Assembly: GCA_011109175.1 (NCBI GenBank)
Contig: RDEW01000021.1
Span: 830,049 to 878,841 of the forward strand
DNA length: 48,793 nucleotides
DNA from: Dicyema japonicum
Taxonomy: Eukaryota > Animalia > Dicyemida
Direction: 5' to 3'
Position 1 is the first letter of the stretch. Each line of letters opens with the position of its first letter. The notes beneath the pieces are model-generated. The model saw nothing but the letters and a program-made list of their open reading frames with translations. It was not told the DNA's origin and ran no database searches. A program made the translations under genes and the position numbers. Positions 25,840-37,209 of this stretch are shown here, piece by piece.

Positions 25840-26450
25840 TTATCTCTCATAATCGCGAGCCGAATGGTTGTTATTTATTACATCAATTAAGTTACAAAAC
25901 ATCAGTAAGAAGCTAAGACTATCAGTTTTATGAGGGTATATTTTGGTAGGAATCTTGTCTACTCTAAATTCCCAATCGATATGGAAACGATCAAATTGTT
26001 CATAATATGTCATAAATACCTGACTAAATAAAACATTCAAAATGATCCAGTAGAAAGAATTGAGTGGCTGTTTCCCCGACAACTGGCAAAGAAATCTGTG
26101 GAACATTCACTAGGTTTTCCTGATTAAATTAATTTTTTATTCCAAGTCCACGTTAATTGAAAAAACAAAGTGATACCGATAAATTTAATCCAAGCTCTCA
26201 GCTTGACTCGATGCTCTTTCCTTAACCTGAACAAGCTCGTTAGGGTCGGAATGTTTCCTATCATATTAATGAAACCTCTTACGTTATTCCGTCAGAATAG
26301 GATCTCCAAGGCTGTCGACATCATGTTCTTTTTGTCCTTAGAACACATCTCTGTCACCCCAAAAGCCATTTCTTGTTTAGCTCCAATTTTCTGAGCCTTA
26401 GTCCAAGAGATCGAAGCCCCCATGAGGCACATTAATGAGAGATGCATGAC
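25840..26450 (-). CDS. Possible hypothetical gene or pseudogene
   Basis: Two open stretches of about 90 codons; the upstream one carries an internal TGA. Splicing unresolved. Confidence 0.3.
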
Positions 26451-26630
26451 TCAACATATTGCAAGTAAAAAAATTAAAAACATTCCTACGATGACCTTAT
26501 AAATTTTTTTAACTATAAATTGATGAATATAAATTATATATTTAAATTGTTTAATTAATTTTAACAAAAAATAATAAAATAAAATAAAAATATTAGTAAC
26601 CTAATTAGTTGTTGTGCGTCGTTGGTTTAA

Positions 26631-27368
26631 ATGACAACTGCTGGTCGTCCAACTTTTGAGCATGCTAAAGGAGGTGGATCTAAGATGAATAATGATCTTG
26701 CTTCCTTAACCCGACAATTGTCTTCAAGGGATCTTCCAAGTCACTTAAAACTCAAATATAGGTATTTGTATTTTTTATCTATCTCAGAAAGGAGGGACAG
26801 TCATCCAAGGAGGAACTAGGTTCTGCAGATATGAAACAACTCCTCGAAGAGAAGGAATCCGCCTATCATATAAGGGAAGGGATATCTGATGACTCCTTAA
26901 GCGCCAAAAGACTAAAGCTAGAGGACGCCACCCCAGTTGAAGTCAACCTGGACGCAGATGACCCAATTGACGAACAAAGTGACGATAATGAAGAGTCATC
27001 GGATGGAGATGAGACTGCTGAGTTGTTGTTGGAGCTTAATAAAATCAAGAAGGAGCGAATGGAGGAGGCCAAAAGACTGGTTTTATGATAAGTTCAACTC
27101 TTAGAACTCTGAGAGGGAATTGGAGCAGGAGAAGATAAGGAATGAGAATATTCTGCGTGGGAACCCTCTGCTTTGTCTTTCAGGAGACACTGGTAACAAC
27201 GACTTTAGAGTGAAGGCTAAGTTTGTTTGTGTTTGGTAGTTTAGATGGGATGATGATGTTGTATTTAAGAACTGTGCCGTGGAACCTGATAGAACAAAGC
27301 CTGAGTTCATTAACGACTGCCTTCGGTCTGAATTTCATCGTAAATTCATGTCCAAGTACATTAAATGA
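26631..27368 (+). CDS. CWC15: Spliceosome-associated protein CWC15
   Basis: [87 protein letters not shown]. Introns of 26, 25 and 24 nt. Confidence 0.97.
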
Positions 27369-28012
27369 CTTAATTTGGTTGTATTCTCTTTTATTATATT
27401 TGTTGTGTCCTTGTTTGTAGGCTAATTGCACTCTGTCGATTGGACATGTACTATTTTGTAGTCTTTTTGTAAGGGGGAGTGGTTGGATGTCAAAATTATA
27501 GTTATTTTGTACTTTAGGCATCAATGACGTAATCCTCGCAATCTGAGACCGCTTGTTTGCTCTCGTAACCACCGTCAAGTAAACTTTGGTAGTCGTTGTG
27601 TAAGGGAGTATTTGAGTTTGTCATATATGCTTGAATCAAAAACTGGTAACAGTAGTTTGGTCCTCCGTCGTAGTAACCGCGAAAAACTATTGGATTTGAT
27701 GGGCTTGGGGCTGTTGACGGTCTCCTCCACGAGCACGTGACTATGCTTGAATCAAAAACTGGTAACAGTAGTTTGGTCCTCCGTCGTAGTAACCGCGAAA
27801 AACTATTGGATTTGATGAGCTTGGGGCTGTTGACGGTCTCCTCCACGAGCACGTGACTCATGTGAAAACCTCATTGTAACTAACACATGCTAGTTTTCTT
27901 CTATGAATCATTGAGAAGACGTATGTGGGGAAAAGGGAAACTCCCTGTTCTTTAAACTGATGGTAAGTGAATAACTAAGCTTCAATAGCCTCGGGTCATG
28001 TCTACACATTAA

Positions 28013-28230
28013 ATTGGCTGCGTGGTGCAATGTGGCTAGTTGGTCAATTATTATTTTCCCTTTCTCTGATGACGTCATTAAATCTACCTTACTGAGGAGA
28101 CGCACAATGCCTGGCCGGCATCAAGAGAATCCATCTATTCTTTCCCCGGAGACAACTTCGCTATCCGGAGACAAAACGCTGAAACGAGTCAACATCAAGG
28201 AGTTAGTTATTTTGGTTACCCTTGCTTAGT
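28013..28230 (+). repeat. Unclassified dispersed repeat 'family X', copy 2
   Basis: ATTGGCTG..GTGGCTAGTTGGTCAA..CTGATGACGTCATT..CCTTACTGAGGAGACGCACAATGCCTGGCCGGCATC. Confidence 0.8.
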
Positions 28231-28256
28231 TAGTTGTTGGTTAAAGTACATTTGCG

Positions 28257-29230
28257 TTACCAGTAAACACTGTTATGGTTTCGCTTGTGATGTGTTTTTC
28301 GATTATTCTGTCCGTTAGTTATCTCCATCCTTTTCGCTGTCGTGATCGATTCCTGATTTCGTCCAGATCGTCCGCATCCATCAATCGGCCCCCGATCACT
28401 GAGTAATCCTCCGCAAGTGTCCTTGGACGTTCTCTGAATGCAGGAGATACAGTATAGCAGAAAAATTCTTCCATGGCGGCATTGCATGGTGTCTGTTCCC
28501 CCATCCGTAGAATATGTTCAAATAGGCGCCAGCGAGCTCAAAGTACGTTCAGGTTTATTGGTCCACAATCAGTCTGTATAGTTTATTTTTCGAGATTTTT
28601 TTTGGCCAAGAGTATCCAAAGAGTTTTCTTAGTTGGCTTCTGTGAAACTGGTCAGTTTTTACCCCAAATAATGTGGGTGCATAAGTATCATCTGTTTGGA
28701 ATTGTTTCTGAAAGTGGTCACCAATTCGTGAGGCTTTGTCCCCATCATCCAATATTAAGTGTTTCGATTCATCCCATATCGATATTTTGGAATTTTGGGA
28801 ACCCCGATTAAGCGACCGCACGGCCATGAACATTTGACTTTCAGGTGACAGCTTTTCAATTTCGGTAACCTTCTCGTCTAAGTATTTCGTTCATAATAGA
28901 CGTGCCCGGACACTTATTTCATGAAGGATTCTGTTTCGTTGATTTCTTAGTTCTCTTTTGGTGTTCAGGCAGCAATTTTCAATTCTCAGGCGGATGTTTC
29001 TTTGGTGCTCTGATATTTCCCTTAGTTTTGAATCACCATGTGCGTAGTTGTTGTTCTAGCGATTACTTCTGCGTCCGATAATATCGATCGCAGCCTGTTT
29101 AACGACCTCGATCAACTTTTTCCAGGAAAATGTCTGGCCTTTCTTCCATATTTAGTTGTGATGTGTGTTGCTCGATGTTGTCTTGAAATTTTCTCCGTTT
29201 CACGGTGTTGCATATCAGTTCCTATGTAGC
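28257..29230 (-). mobile_element. RTE-clade LINE with the RT core deleted
   Basis: EN-RT linker (WKKLIEVVKQAAIDIIG...EIEKLSPESQMFMAVRSL) joined directly to post-RT sequence (DQFHRSQLRKLFGYSWPKKISKNKLY; AFRERPRTL). Confidence 0.88.
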
Positions 29231-29429
29231 TAGTCTTCGATGTTTAATGTTAGCTGGATTGTTCTGGGCAATGTTACCCTTGGTCCTTGGAATAAATTTA
29301 ATTCCTCCAATCTATCAGTTTGGAATTCGATAATTTGGGGGATTCTAAAGATAAATTGAATTTTGCTATATTAACTTCCATTTGAATTTTGTCTAATTTT
29401 ACTTTTTATGAAAGCCCTTGTCTTTTCTA

Positions 29430-29670
29430 GTGAGCACGAACTGATTGATTGCCTCGCTATCAATATCGGCACAGAGCAACCTTGAGGGGTTACAGAACCG
29501 ATGTCTCAAAATATTATTGAGATCGTCGAAAAAACACCCACATCGTTACTACGGAGAACACTAAACGTCCCCCAATCATGGAGTACCTATGGAACACCAC
29601 CGAGACTTCATCAATGTCTCCTGAACATCCCCTCGGGCCGGTAGTCAAACAATATCTGGACACCTGAATA
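29430..29670 (+). mobile_element. I/Jockey-group LINE post-RT fragment
   Basis: With frameshifts it reads LEGLQNRCLKILL..TPTSLLRRTLNVPPI..SPEHPL. Confidence 0.6.
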
Positions 29671-30799
29671 AGTAGAAACCTTCCCCTTTGTGGAGATTAA
29701 TTAAGGACTCACTCATATCCTCCCCCGATATCATACGATTTATACTTTATAGAGTTTTGACAAGTAATCCATTAAATTGTGCCATAGAGAGCTGAAGTGG
29801 AGTACTACACATTTGTGGATCAGGGGATGTTTTAAATAGGGGGAACAAGTCCCAATGTGGAAGCACAATACAATACATTAGATGTTACGCATGAGATATA
29901 TTGTAAACCAAAAATATTTTGGATATTTTACTGAATTTAACACAAGAATTTAAAAATGTGACAACATACACTCGAATACTATCCTCCACTCCATTCAGTC
30001 CTCAAGACTGAGGTTGCTTGAAGCAGATACACGATTTTGTCTCCAAAAGAGTCGACTAAAGACTCGATTATAGCAGAATCCATTCCCTCCTCCAATCGAC
30101 TGATGACTGAGGTTGCTTGAAGCAAATACACGATTTTGTCTCCACAAGAGTCTATTAAAGACTCGATTATAACAGAATCCATCCCCTCTTCCAATACCAA
30201 GGGATGTCTGGGAAACCTGGTTTGTCTATTCTGTGGAGGCCACTCCTCTCTATCAATATACGGATATACATTAGACGATGCGAAAGTTTCTGTTCATTGT
30301 GTCCTTTCCGAATCACGACTCTTACTCAATACCCGCTTGCCTCCTACAAGTTAGTGAAGTAAGAGTCACTTAACAAGAATTTTCGTTTATGATTTTGGTT
30401 TAACTCAGTCTCGTTATTATTCAAATCTGGCAGAAGTGGTCGAACCAGTAAATCATCAGTTTGAATGTAGGGGCAATGAGTATCTTTAATTTATTTTAAC
30501 TTCGCCGTTGAGACGTCTGGTTCCCTTGCGCCTGCGACAGAATTCCAAAATTCTTGAGTCGTCTAGGCGATCGTATTTCTCCAGGAGATCCCCGTGAGCG
30601 CTGCTGGCTATTTGAGCGAATCTCGGAAGTAGCCACGCAGTCAAGGCGGCCGCTGTTTGACCATTTGTTCATTAAAAAAAAGTTTCAACTTAATACGATA
30701 CTAAAAAAGTCAGTTGGAAAGATGACCTAATAAATTTGGTGTAATATTTCCCCCAGTGATTAAAGCTAACTTCCATTCGAAACATTAAATGGGAGTTGT

Positions 30800-31690
30800 T
30801 AAATTGGACGTAGTGAGTCTTGATACTGTAAAACTACGATACCGAGTGGATGTTTGGAAAAGACTATTTTTTAATTTATTCACCCACGGTCTTTTCAATG
30901 GAGGAAATCGAAGGCTAACAGAAATACATTAATCAAAAGGGGATGCTTGAAAAGACNACATTAAATGGGAGTTGTTAAATTGGATGTAATGAGTCTTGAT
31001 ACTGTAAAACTACGATACCGAATGGATGTCTGGAAACGACTATTTTTTAATTTATTCACCCACGGTCCTTTCAATGAAGGAAATCGAAGGCTAACAGAAA
31101 TACATTAATCAAAAGGGGATGCTTGAAAAGACCTGTTTGATGGATCTGGTGAAGAGAGGAAGAAACGGAACAAGAGGAGAGGTAGCCAGTTAAAGGTCAT
31201 CGAAAAGGCGAGAAGGGCCACCACATGGAGTAGAACCTCAGAAATAGGGAAGCATTGTCTTGGTTGGTGCTAGAGAAATCTGCAGAAACCAAGGCAACCT
31301 TGGTAGAGACCAAGTAGATTCCATTTGGGAAATGACGATGTGGTATTGGATGACTTTTGATCTACTGATGCCTAAGACCGGACAAGATAAGGTGAAGGAA
31401 TTCAAATAATCACCATGATCACCTCATCTTCACATATTGGTTAAATTAGACACGACAATGATGAAAAGGTACGAATAGCTCACCGAACCTGTAAGAAGTG
31501 ATGAGATCTGAAGAGTCGTGATTCCCAACGAGGGATATAATCCTCCTTCAGAGTTGTTAACTGTAAATGATCCTCCTTCTCTGGTCTTATCAATTTCCTC
31601 TCTACTTTTCGCATCACTGTCTTCAGAATGCCAATTTGCTAGAAGGTGGAGATGGAGAATTTTTCTGATACCTTAATTCCATGGTGGATC
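30800..31690 (-). CDS. Possible multi-exon membrane protein
   Basis: Open stretches WHSEDSDAKSREEIDK..YIPRWESRLF and hydrophobic EVLLHVVALLAFSMTFNWLPLLLFRFF, with short GT..AG segments; frame not fully assembled. 175-bp duplication at the N at 30957. Confidence 0.35.
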
Positions 31691-31733
31691 GTCATTAAGA
31701 GGTTATATTGTAGAATTAATTTAAATTAGTAAA

Positions 31734-32264
31734 TCAGTCGTCGGGGATCATGGAAATGATATAATCCTTGTACATTAAAGAATCAGGATTTATAGAAGTC
31801 GCATGGGAAGTCATCTCCTCCATCTCATCGGCGGTGAAAGGCTCCCCATTCTCAGTCATATAAGTGGTCAACTCCTCAAATGTAAGATACCCCGTGATAA
31901 GGAATGAAAATACCATTATTATTGATATCCAGTGTTTGGAAGGCCTTTATCAGTAGCTTTTCCCCCGCTGGACGATAGCTCTTTTCAAGCAGAATCAGAG
32001 TAAGCACAGAGGAGAACTTTTCAAGGGAAATGCTCCCCTCTTTTTTGTCATCCTTGAATGATTAGACTGACCAACCTCCATTTCCATGATAAGGTCTCCA
32101 ATTTCGCTCTCGGTTGGACATATTCCCAGTGAGCGGATCACAGTCCCTGCCTCTCGGACATCAATGGTCTGGTTTTGTTCATGGTCAAACACCAAAAAGG
32201 CCTCTTCTATCTTTTTCTGAATGTCTTTTATGGTGGAACTTGATTGGGTCGCATCTGGGTCCAT
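31734..32264 (-). CDS. EFCAB2: EF-hand protein EFCAB2 / dynein regulatory complex subunit 8
   Basis: KKIEEAFLVFDHEQNQTIDVREAGTVIRSLGICPTE, LLEKSYRP, YMTENGEPFTADEMEEM and YKDYI match DRC8. One 23-nt GT-AG intron and one 22-nt GT..GG gap at 31892-31913. Confidence 0.93.
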
Positions 32265-33019
32265 TCTGTATCCAGGAAATAATTTTTTATTTTTAAACAA
32301 AAATATTTTATTAACGAAAATTTATTTTATTAGAAATTTCTTTAAATAAATAAATATTATGTGAAATTTTCAACAACTTTAGTTGGATCCCCTCAGACGA
32401 TGTCTCTGGATTCGGTATTCATTATTACTCTGATTATTTGTTCATGACGATTCACGTGACTATAGATCAATCCGAACTCCCTGCTGAATCTTAATTTAGT
32501 TGTTTCCCCTTACCCTGCTACTTATGATTGTCAAGTCTCACAACTTAATGAAGGATCAACCAGATCCACATCTATACCATAAAGATGGGAGATAGATGCC
32601 TTAGTTACTGACCCTAGGACTCTTTTAAAGTATTTAATAGTAGACTGCTTGACGTCTTCGCTTCCTATGGTGACAACTTCTGTTAATTCCTTTTATGGAT
32701 CTCTTCCACTATTGATTTCACAAAAAAAGCTTGAACTGCAAGTATTGAGGGACATGTCGCCTTTTATATAAAGGTTCCTTCTAATATCCCACAAAAACTG
32801 ATCCAGAACCTCTTAGTTTGTCACATTATGGGACCCTAAGAAATGATCAATTGAGTGGGGATATACGGATGGCTTTTTGTGTGTTTAGCATTGGGGGCGA
32901 CTCGAGAAAGATGTACGCCATGACAAATCAACAAGGGGACAAAAATAGAGGACCTCCACATACAATGGAAACAGTGAAATTGAACCCAGGGACATTGTTA
33001 GAATATAAAATGATTATAA

Positions 33020-33225
33020 TTATTACCCCCAGGATTACTGGGTCAAAAAGAAAAAATTAAAGTTCTCATCTAACGAAGTGATCCCAGACCGACAAAGGAT
33101 AGGACGAGTCCGCCGGGGTAAAGAATCCTGAACAGCTCTTCTCATTGGGCATGGCATCGGCTCAAAATTTCTGTATGATTGTAGATATTTCGATAGTGTA
33201 TGGAATAGAGAGCAGCTCGGTAAAC
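33020..33225 (-). mobile_element. I/Jockey-group LINE 3' end
   Basis: Aligns by eye with 8370-8550 (AAGTGATCCCAGACCGACAA..GGACGAGTCCG..GATTGTAGATATTTCGATAGTGTAT). Confidence 0.9.
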
Positions 33226-33238
33226 TAAAATGATAATT

Positions 33239-33720
33239 TTTTAAGCACTCCCGGGAAATCAAAAATTAATTAGATTAATTAAGTTCCCCTTGTGCCACGT
33301 CCAGTATCCTCCCACACATCCTCTTCCATGTTCCCCTGTTCCGGGCCATTGCTCGTAGTGAGTCAAGATCTTCACCATTTCGTAGAGTTTTGTTTATTCG
33401 GATTAGGTCATCATTTAGTACTGAAGGCAACGTCACTCTAGGCCTGCCACGGAATGATCCCTTCAGTTGTGCGAAATAGTTATCCATTGCAATGTTTGGT
33501 GGAGTCAACATATCCATTCGTAAGATGTGACCAAAAAGTCTCCACCTAGCCTTGAGAATCTCCTCTGATAATGGCCACATCTTTTGTACAGGGAAATGTA
33601 TTCTCAAGATGTTTCTTAGTTGATTTCTATGAAATTGATCCAGATTGTCCATTTCCCGTTTCGTAATCGCCCATGTCCCACAGTTGTATGTCAGGACTGG
33701 AACCACGAATGTTTTATATG
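33239..33720 (-). mobile_element. 5'-truncated RTE LINE with 9-bp target-site duplication
   Basis: VPVLTYNCGTWAIT..DQFHRNQLR..FRGRPRVTL; 3' end CCCGGGAGTGCTT; ATGATAATT at 33230-33238 and 33721-33729. Confidence 0.93.
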
Positions 33721-34010
33721 ATGATAATTATAATAAAAATATAAAATGATAGGAGATAATTATTTTATGTTTTTAATCTTAACATTGTTAAAAATATAAA
33801 GAATAAATATATTTGATAATTTAAATAATTAATAAATAATAGATGAGCAAAGAGTTCTATGTGTTTANGGCAGCTCGGTAAACTAAAATGATAATTATAA
33901 TAAAAATATAAAATGATAGGAGATAATTATTTTATGTTTTTAATCTTAACATTGTTAAAAAATATAAAGAATAAATATATTTGATAATTTAAATAATTAA
34001 TAAATAATAG

Positions 34011-34798
34011 ATGAGCAAAGAGTTCTATGTGTTTAATAGTGAAGTCAACATAGAAGAGGATGAATTCAACGAGTTTAAGTGTCATGCTAACTTTGCATCA
34101 GACGAGATGGTTTTGATGCCCAATATCAATCGGTCTCGATCTTCCATTTCACGGTTGTCCTCACACATTACTTTTAGCTCATTTGCTAGCTTTCTCAATG
34201 AGGGGAAGGGTGGGACGATCCATTTGGGAATCACAGATGACGGACGCACTGTTGGCCTTAAAATGAACGACGACAGAGTCTGATTCCTTCTTACTGCAGG
34301 CTGATCACGTAATCCTCAACCTCCATGATCTGGCCAGACGCTACACCCCTCCAGTTCCAGAATTTATGTACTCCTTTGAATTTATCCACGTTGTGATGAC
34401 CGAGGTTCCGAGTGGAGAACTCCCGACTTTCCAAAGGAGGTTAATACCAGATTTATTCTTAGTAACATAGCGGCACGTGAGAACAGGCACGTGTTCCGGC
34501 AGAGCATCTGCTTCTGTCTCTCTTCTGAGGTTTGTGCTTTCCAAAACTAAGTGTCGACACAAATGTGTCATCAGGATCAATATCAAGCCATGGTTGTCTT
34601 CTCTGTGTCCGTCCCTCAACCCTACTGTCTGTGAGATCCCCCCTCTGTATGAGAATGAGGACGGGGATGTCTACATTAGGAAACTGGCCTCTGTCCAGAA
34701 GGTATGGGATTTCCTTGATTTAGATATCCTATGAGGATGTGATTAGGAGGACAAAATTCATAGTCCGCAGTCAATATGCTGATAAATTGGAGATGTGA
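34011..34798 (+). CDS. Schlafen-like AlbA_2-domain protein
   Basis: IEEDEFNEFK, SFLNEGKGGTIHLGITDDGRTVGL, RYTPPVP, VIRINIKPW, VYIRKLASV. Five GT-AG introns of 22-24 nt; TGA at 34798. Confidence 0.88.
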
Positions 34799-35569
34799 GC
34801 CCGGGTGTCTTATTTTCTAGTATGGCTGACCGTGTCGCATTGTCTACGGAGTCTGTCCTGCCGTAGTTTTGATTTTTGTGCTTAAATTGTATTGTATCGT
34901 CTTTACTATGATGCTTGTGGGATGTGATTTTATGTGTGATTGGAGTTTGAGATTAGATATAATAAGCACTCCTGTCATCCCGGGATCATGGGGAAGCACG
35001 TGCGGCACCTACTGTGGACTTTATTTAAACAATGAGGTTTAAGCTTAGTTGGATTTGTTATTTTGACTGAGAAAGGTGGAATTATGTAACTTAGGGATTA
35101 TTTACTGTTGCATGTGGAGTGGGAGATCACCTGACTAAGATTACCTAATTAGTCGGCAGGATAATTCCCCCGTTGTTTTAATACAAACTGTTGTGCAAAA
35201 CTACTGAGATTACCTTTAATCGTATTTGCCCGTGTCCTTCAAGGAAAATGTAACTAGGAGATGTATTTGTAGTATACTGACGTTCTCAGAGATCAATAAA
35301 AGTGATCTGACGTTACAATTTAATTTTTATACAAAGACCTTGTAGTAAACATACAATATCAATGATTACAAAATAATCTAGATCAACGTTTTTCATGGGA
35401 CCCCGTAAATTTTTATATAAAGCTTTCTGTCACTTAAATTTTAAAACTGATTCCCTCTTTAAATTTAACAATGTCACTTTTCACCCCCACTCTAATAGTT
35501 CTGAATGTGGGCGATATTTTGTCCCATACAGTAAAGCGTATTGACGAAAGCCTCTGTCCAGCGTTGTCC

Positions 35570-35705
35570 GGAAAGTTGCAGTCGATTCCAAAACTCGTCG
35601 TCAGGGAGCGAAATTGTCTTCCGATGGAGTGAATATAGGATCCTTTTGAATACTGGTCAGGCATTGGGTGTTTCCTGAATAAAATAGATCCAATGCACGC
35701 CAGAT
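35570..35705 (-). repeat. Unclassified dispersed repeat 'family X', copy 3
   Basis: TGGCGTGCATTGGATCT..CCCAATGCCTGACCAGTATTCAAAAGGATCCTA..GACAATTTCG. Confidence 0.72.
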
Positions 35706-35869
35706 TGTTTAATAAATTAAATATACATCTCACTCTTACTTTATCTTCTATTTATTCTCATGTATGGCAACATCTATAATTTACTTAGTCACGATTATGT
35801 TAGTTATAAAGGCTATCATTATCATACACTCGCCTCGGGCGGCAGAAACTTTGACACGCCCCTGGCTGA

Positions 35870-36330
35870 ATATAGTTTCTTCCTATGATATTTTTAACAA
35901 TTATGGACCTAAAGATAAAATATCAGAAACATCAAAACATCACCTTGATTGCCCTATGAGTGTCTTGGAAACTCTTAAAGGCATAGAAAAACTAAAAGGA
36001 GAGCGGCTGGGCCGGACAATATCCCTTCCAAGTTAATCAAGTTTGGAGATCCTAAATTGGTTGAAATACTTACTCTCAGACTTAACAAAGCTTTTGAAGA
36101 CAAGTGGTCTTGGATTTGAGAAAGGTTGGCTAATTTCTCTACTGAAACCTGGGGTTGATGAATTAGTCCTTTAATATGAAAATTGATTTTAATGGGTTTT
36201 AGTGGTAAATGGAACAATGTACCAAGGTCCTCGACATCTTTAGGTAAAAAAGTGATAGACGAATGACTACCATGCTAATCACATTGTAAAATATCTCGTG
36301 ATGTTTATTGATGAATTTGTATAAAACTTT
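35870..36330 (+). mobile_element. LINE reverse transcriptase N-terminal remnant
   Basis: RAAGPDNIPSKLIKFGDPKLVEILTLRLN and GWLISLLKPG across frameshifts. Confidence 0.75.
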
Positions 36331-37209
36331 AAAAATTAATCGGAGGTCATTTTGATAAAGGACCATATCTACAAAATCTTCACTTTGTCATTTATTCAAT
36401 CGATGTATGAAGGAGTCACAACTCAACTATCATCTCATCACGTCTAATAATCACTACTCGCAATATAATAGTCATTAATATCTCCCCTGTGCTTCAGCTG
36501 GCAATATCTTCCTCAGTTAAAAACACAGTAAATCCGGTTCTACAGACGAGAAGGACAAGTACTTACAAGAACACGAGTCTACCCAGAACAAGAGAAATAG
36601 CCCAGTTTTGCAGTGGTAAGAACCCCTTCAAGCAATGATCTGGTTAGACTGGGGAAAGCAGATGATCTTTTTTTAGCCAAACTGAAATTATCTTAATGAA
36701 CAAATGAAGAGAAGGGGTAGGACATATAAGAAATCTGTCTCGATATCCTTGGTCAATACCATTGAACCGTTTAGTATTTTCTTAGTAAAGGGGAAGTTGG
36801 GTCTGTTAGTTACAAATATTGGCATAGAACAAATTTCTAGGCAAACCTTACTATGTCAAAGTTAACACCAAGGATCTTTTAACATTTCGTGAATGGAATG
36901 CGGATGTCTTTGAGGTATAATTCAGATTTATTTCTGTACCTCCTATTTTTAGTAAAAATGGTAACTGAGATCTGGAAGCCAATACAAATAACATGTTGGT
37001 AAGTAGATAGTCATAAACCCCGTTAAGGTGTGACAGAACCATCACGACAGCCTCTGACGGAGAACTATCCCATCGGATATATCTTTAGGTATATCCAAAG
37101 TTATTAAAAAAACTTCATCAAAATTAAAGGATAACAATTAATCAAGTAAAAACTATTATTTTATTAAAATTTAAAATTTAAAAATAATCACCATTAAGTG
37201 TGTCCGACT

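Noticed and set aside
28064-28110. Hammerhead or HDV-like ribozyme in family X and in the SINE core (CTGATGA followed by a stem)
   Set aside because: The stem is not followed by GAAA, and HDV P1/P1.1/L3 requirements are not met.
30400-30660. GC-richer patch possibly encoding a retrotransposon C-terminus
   Set aside because: No diagnostic motif in any frame I could read.
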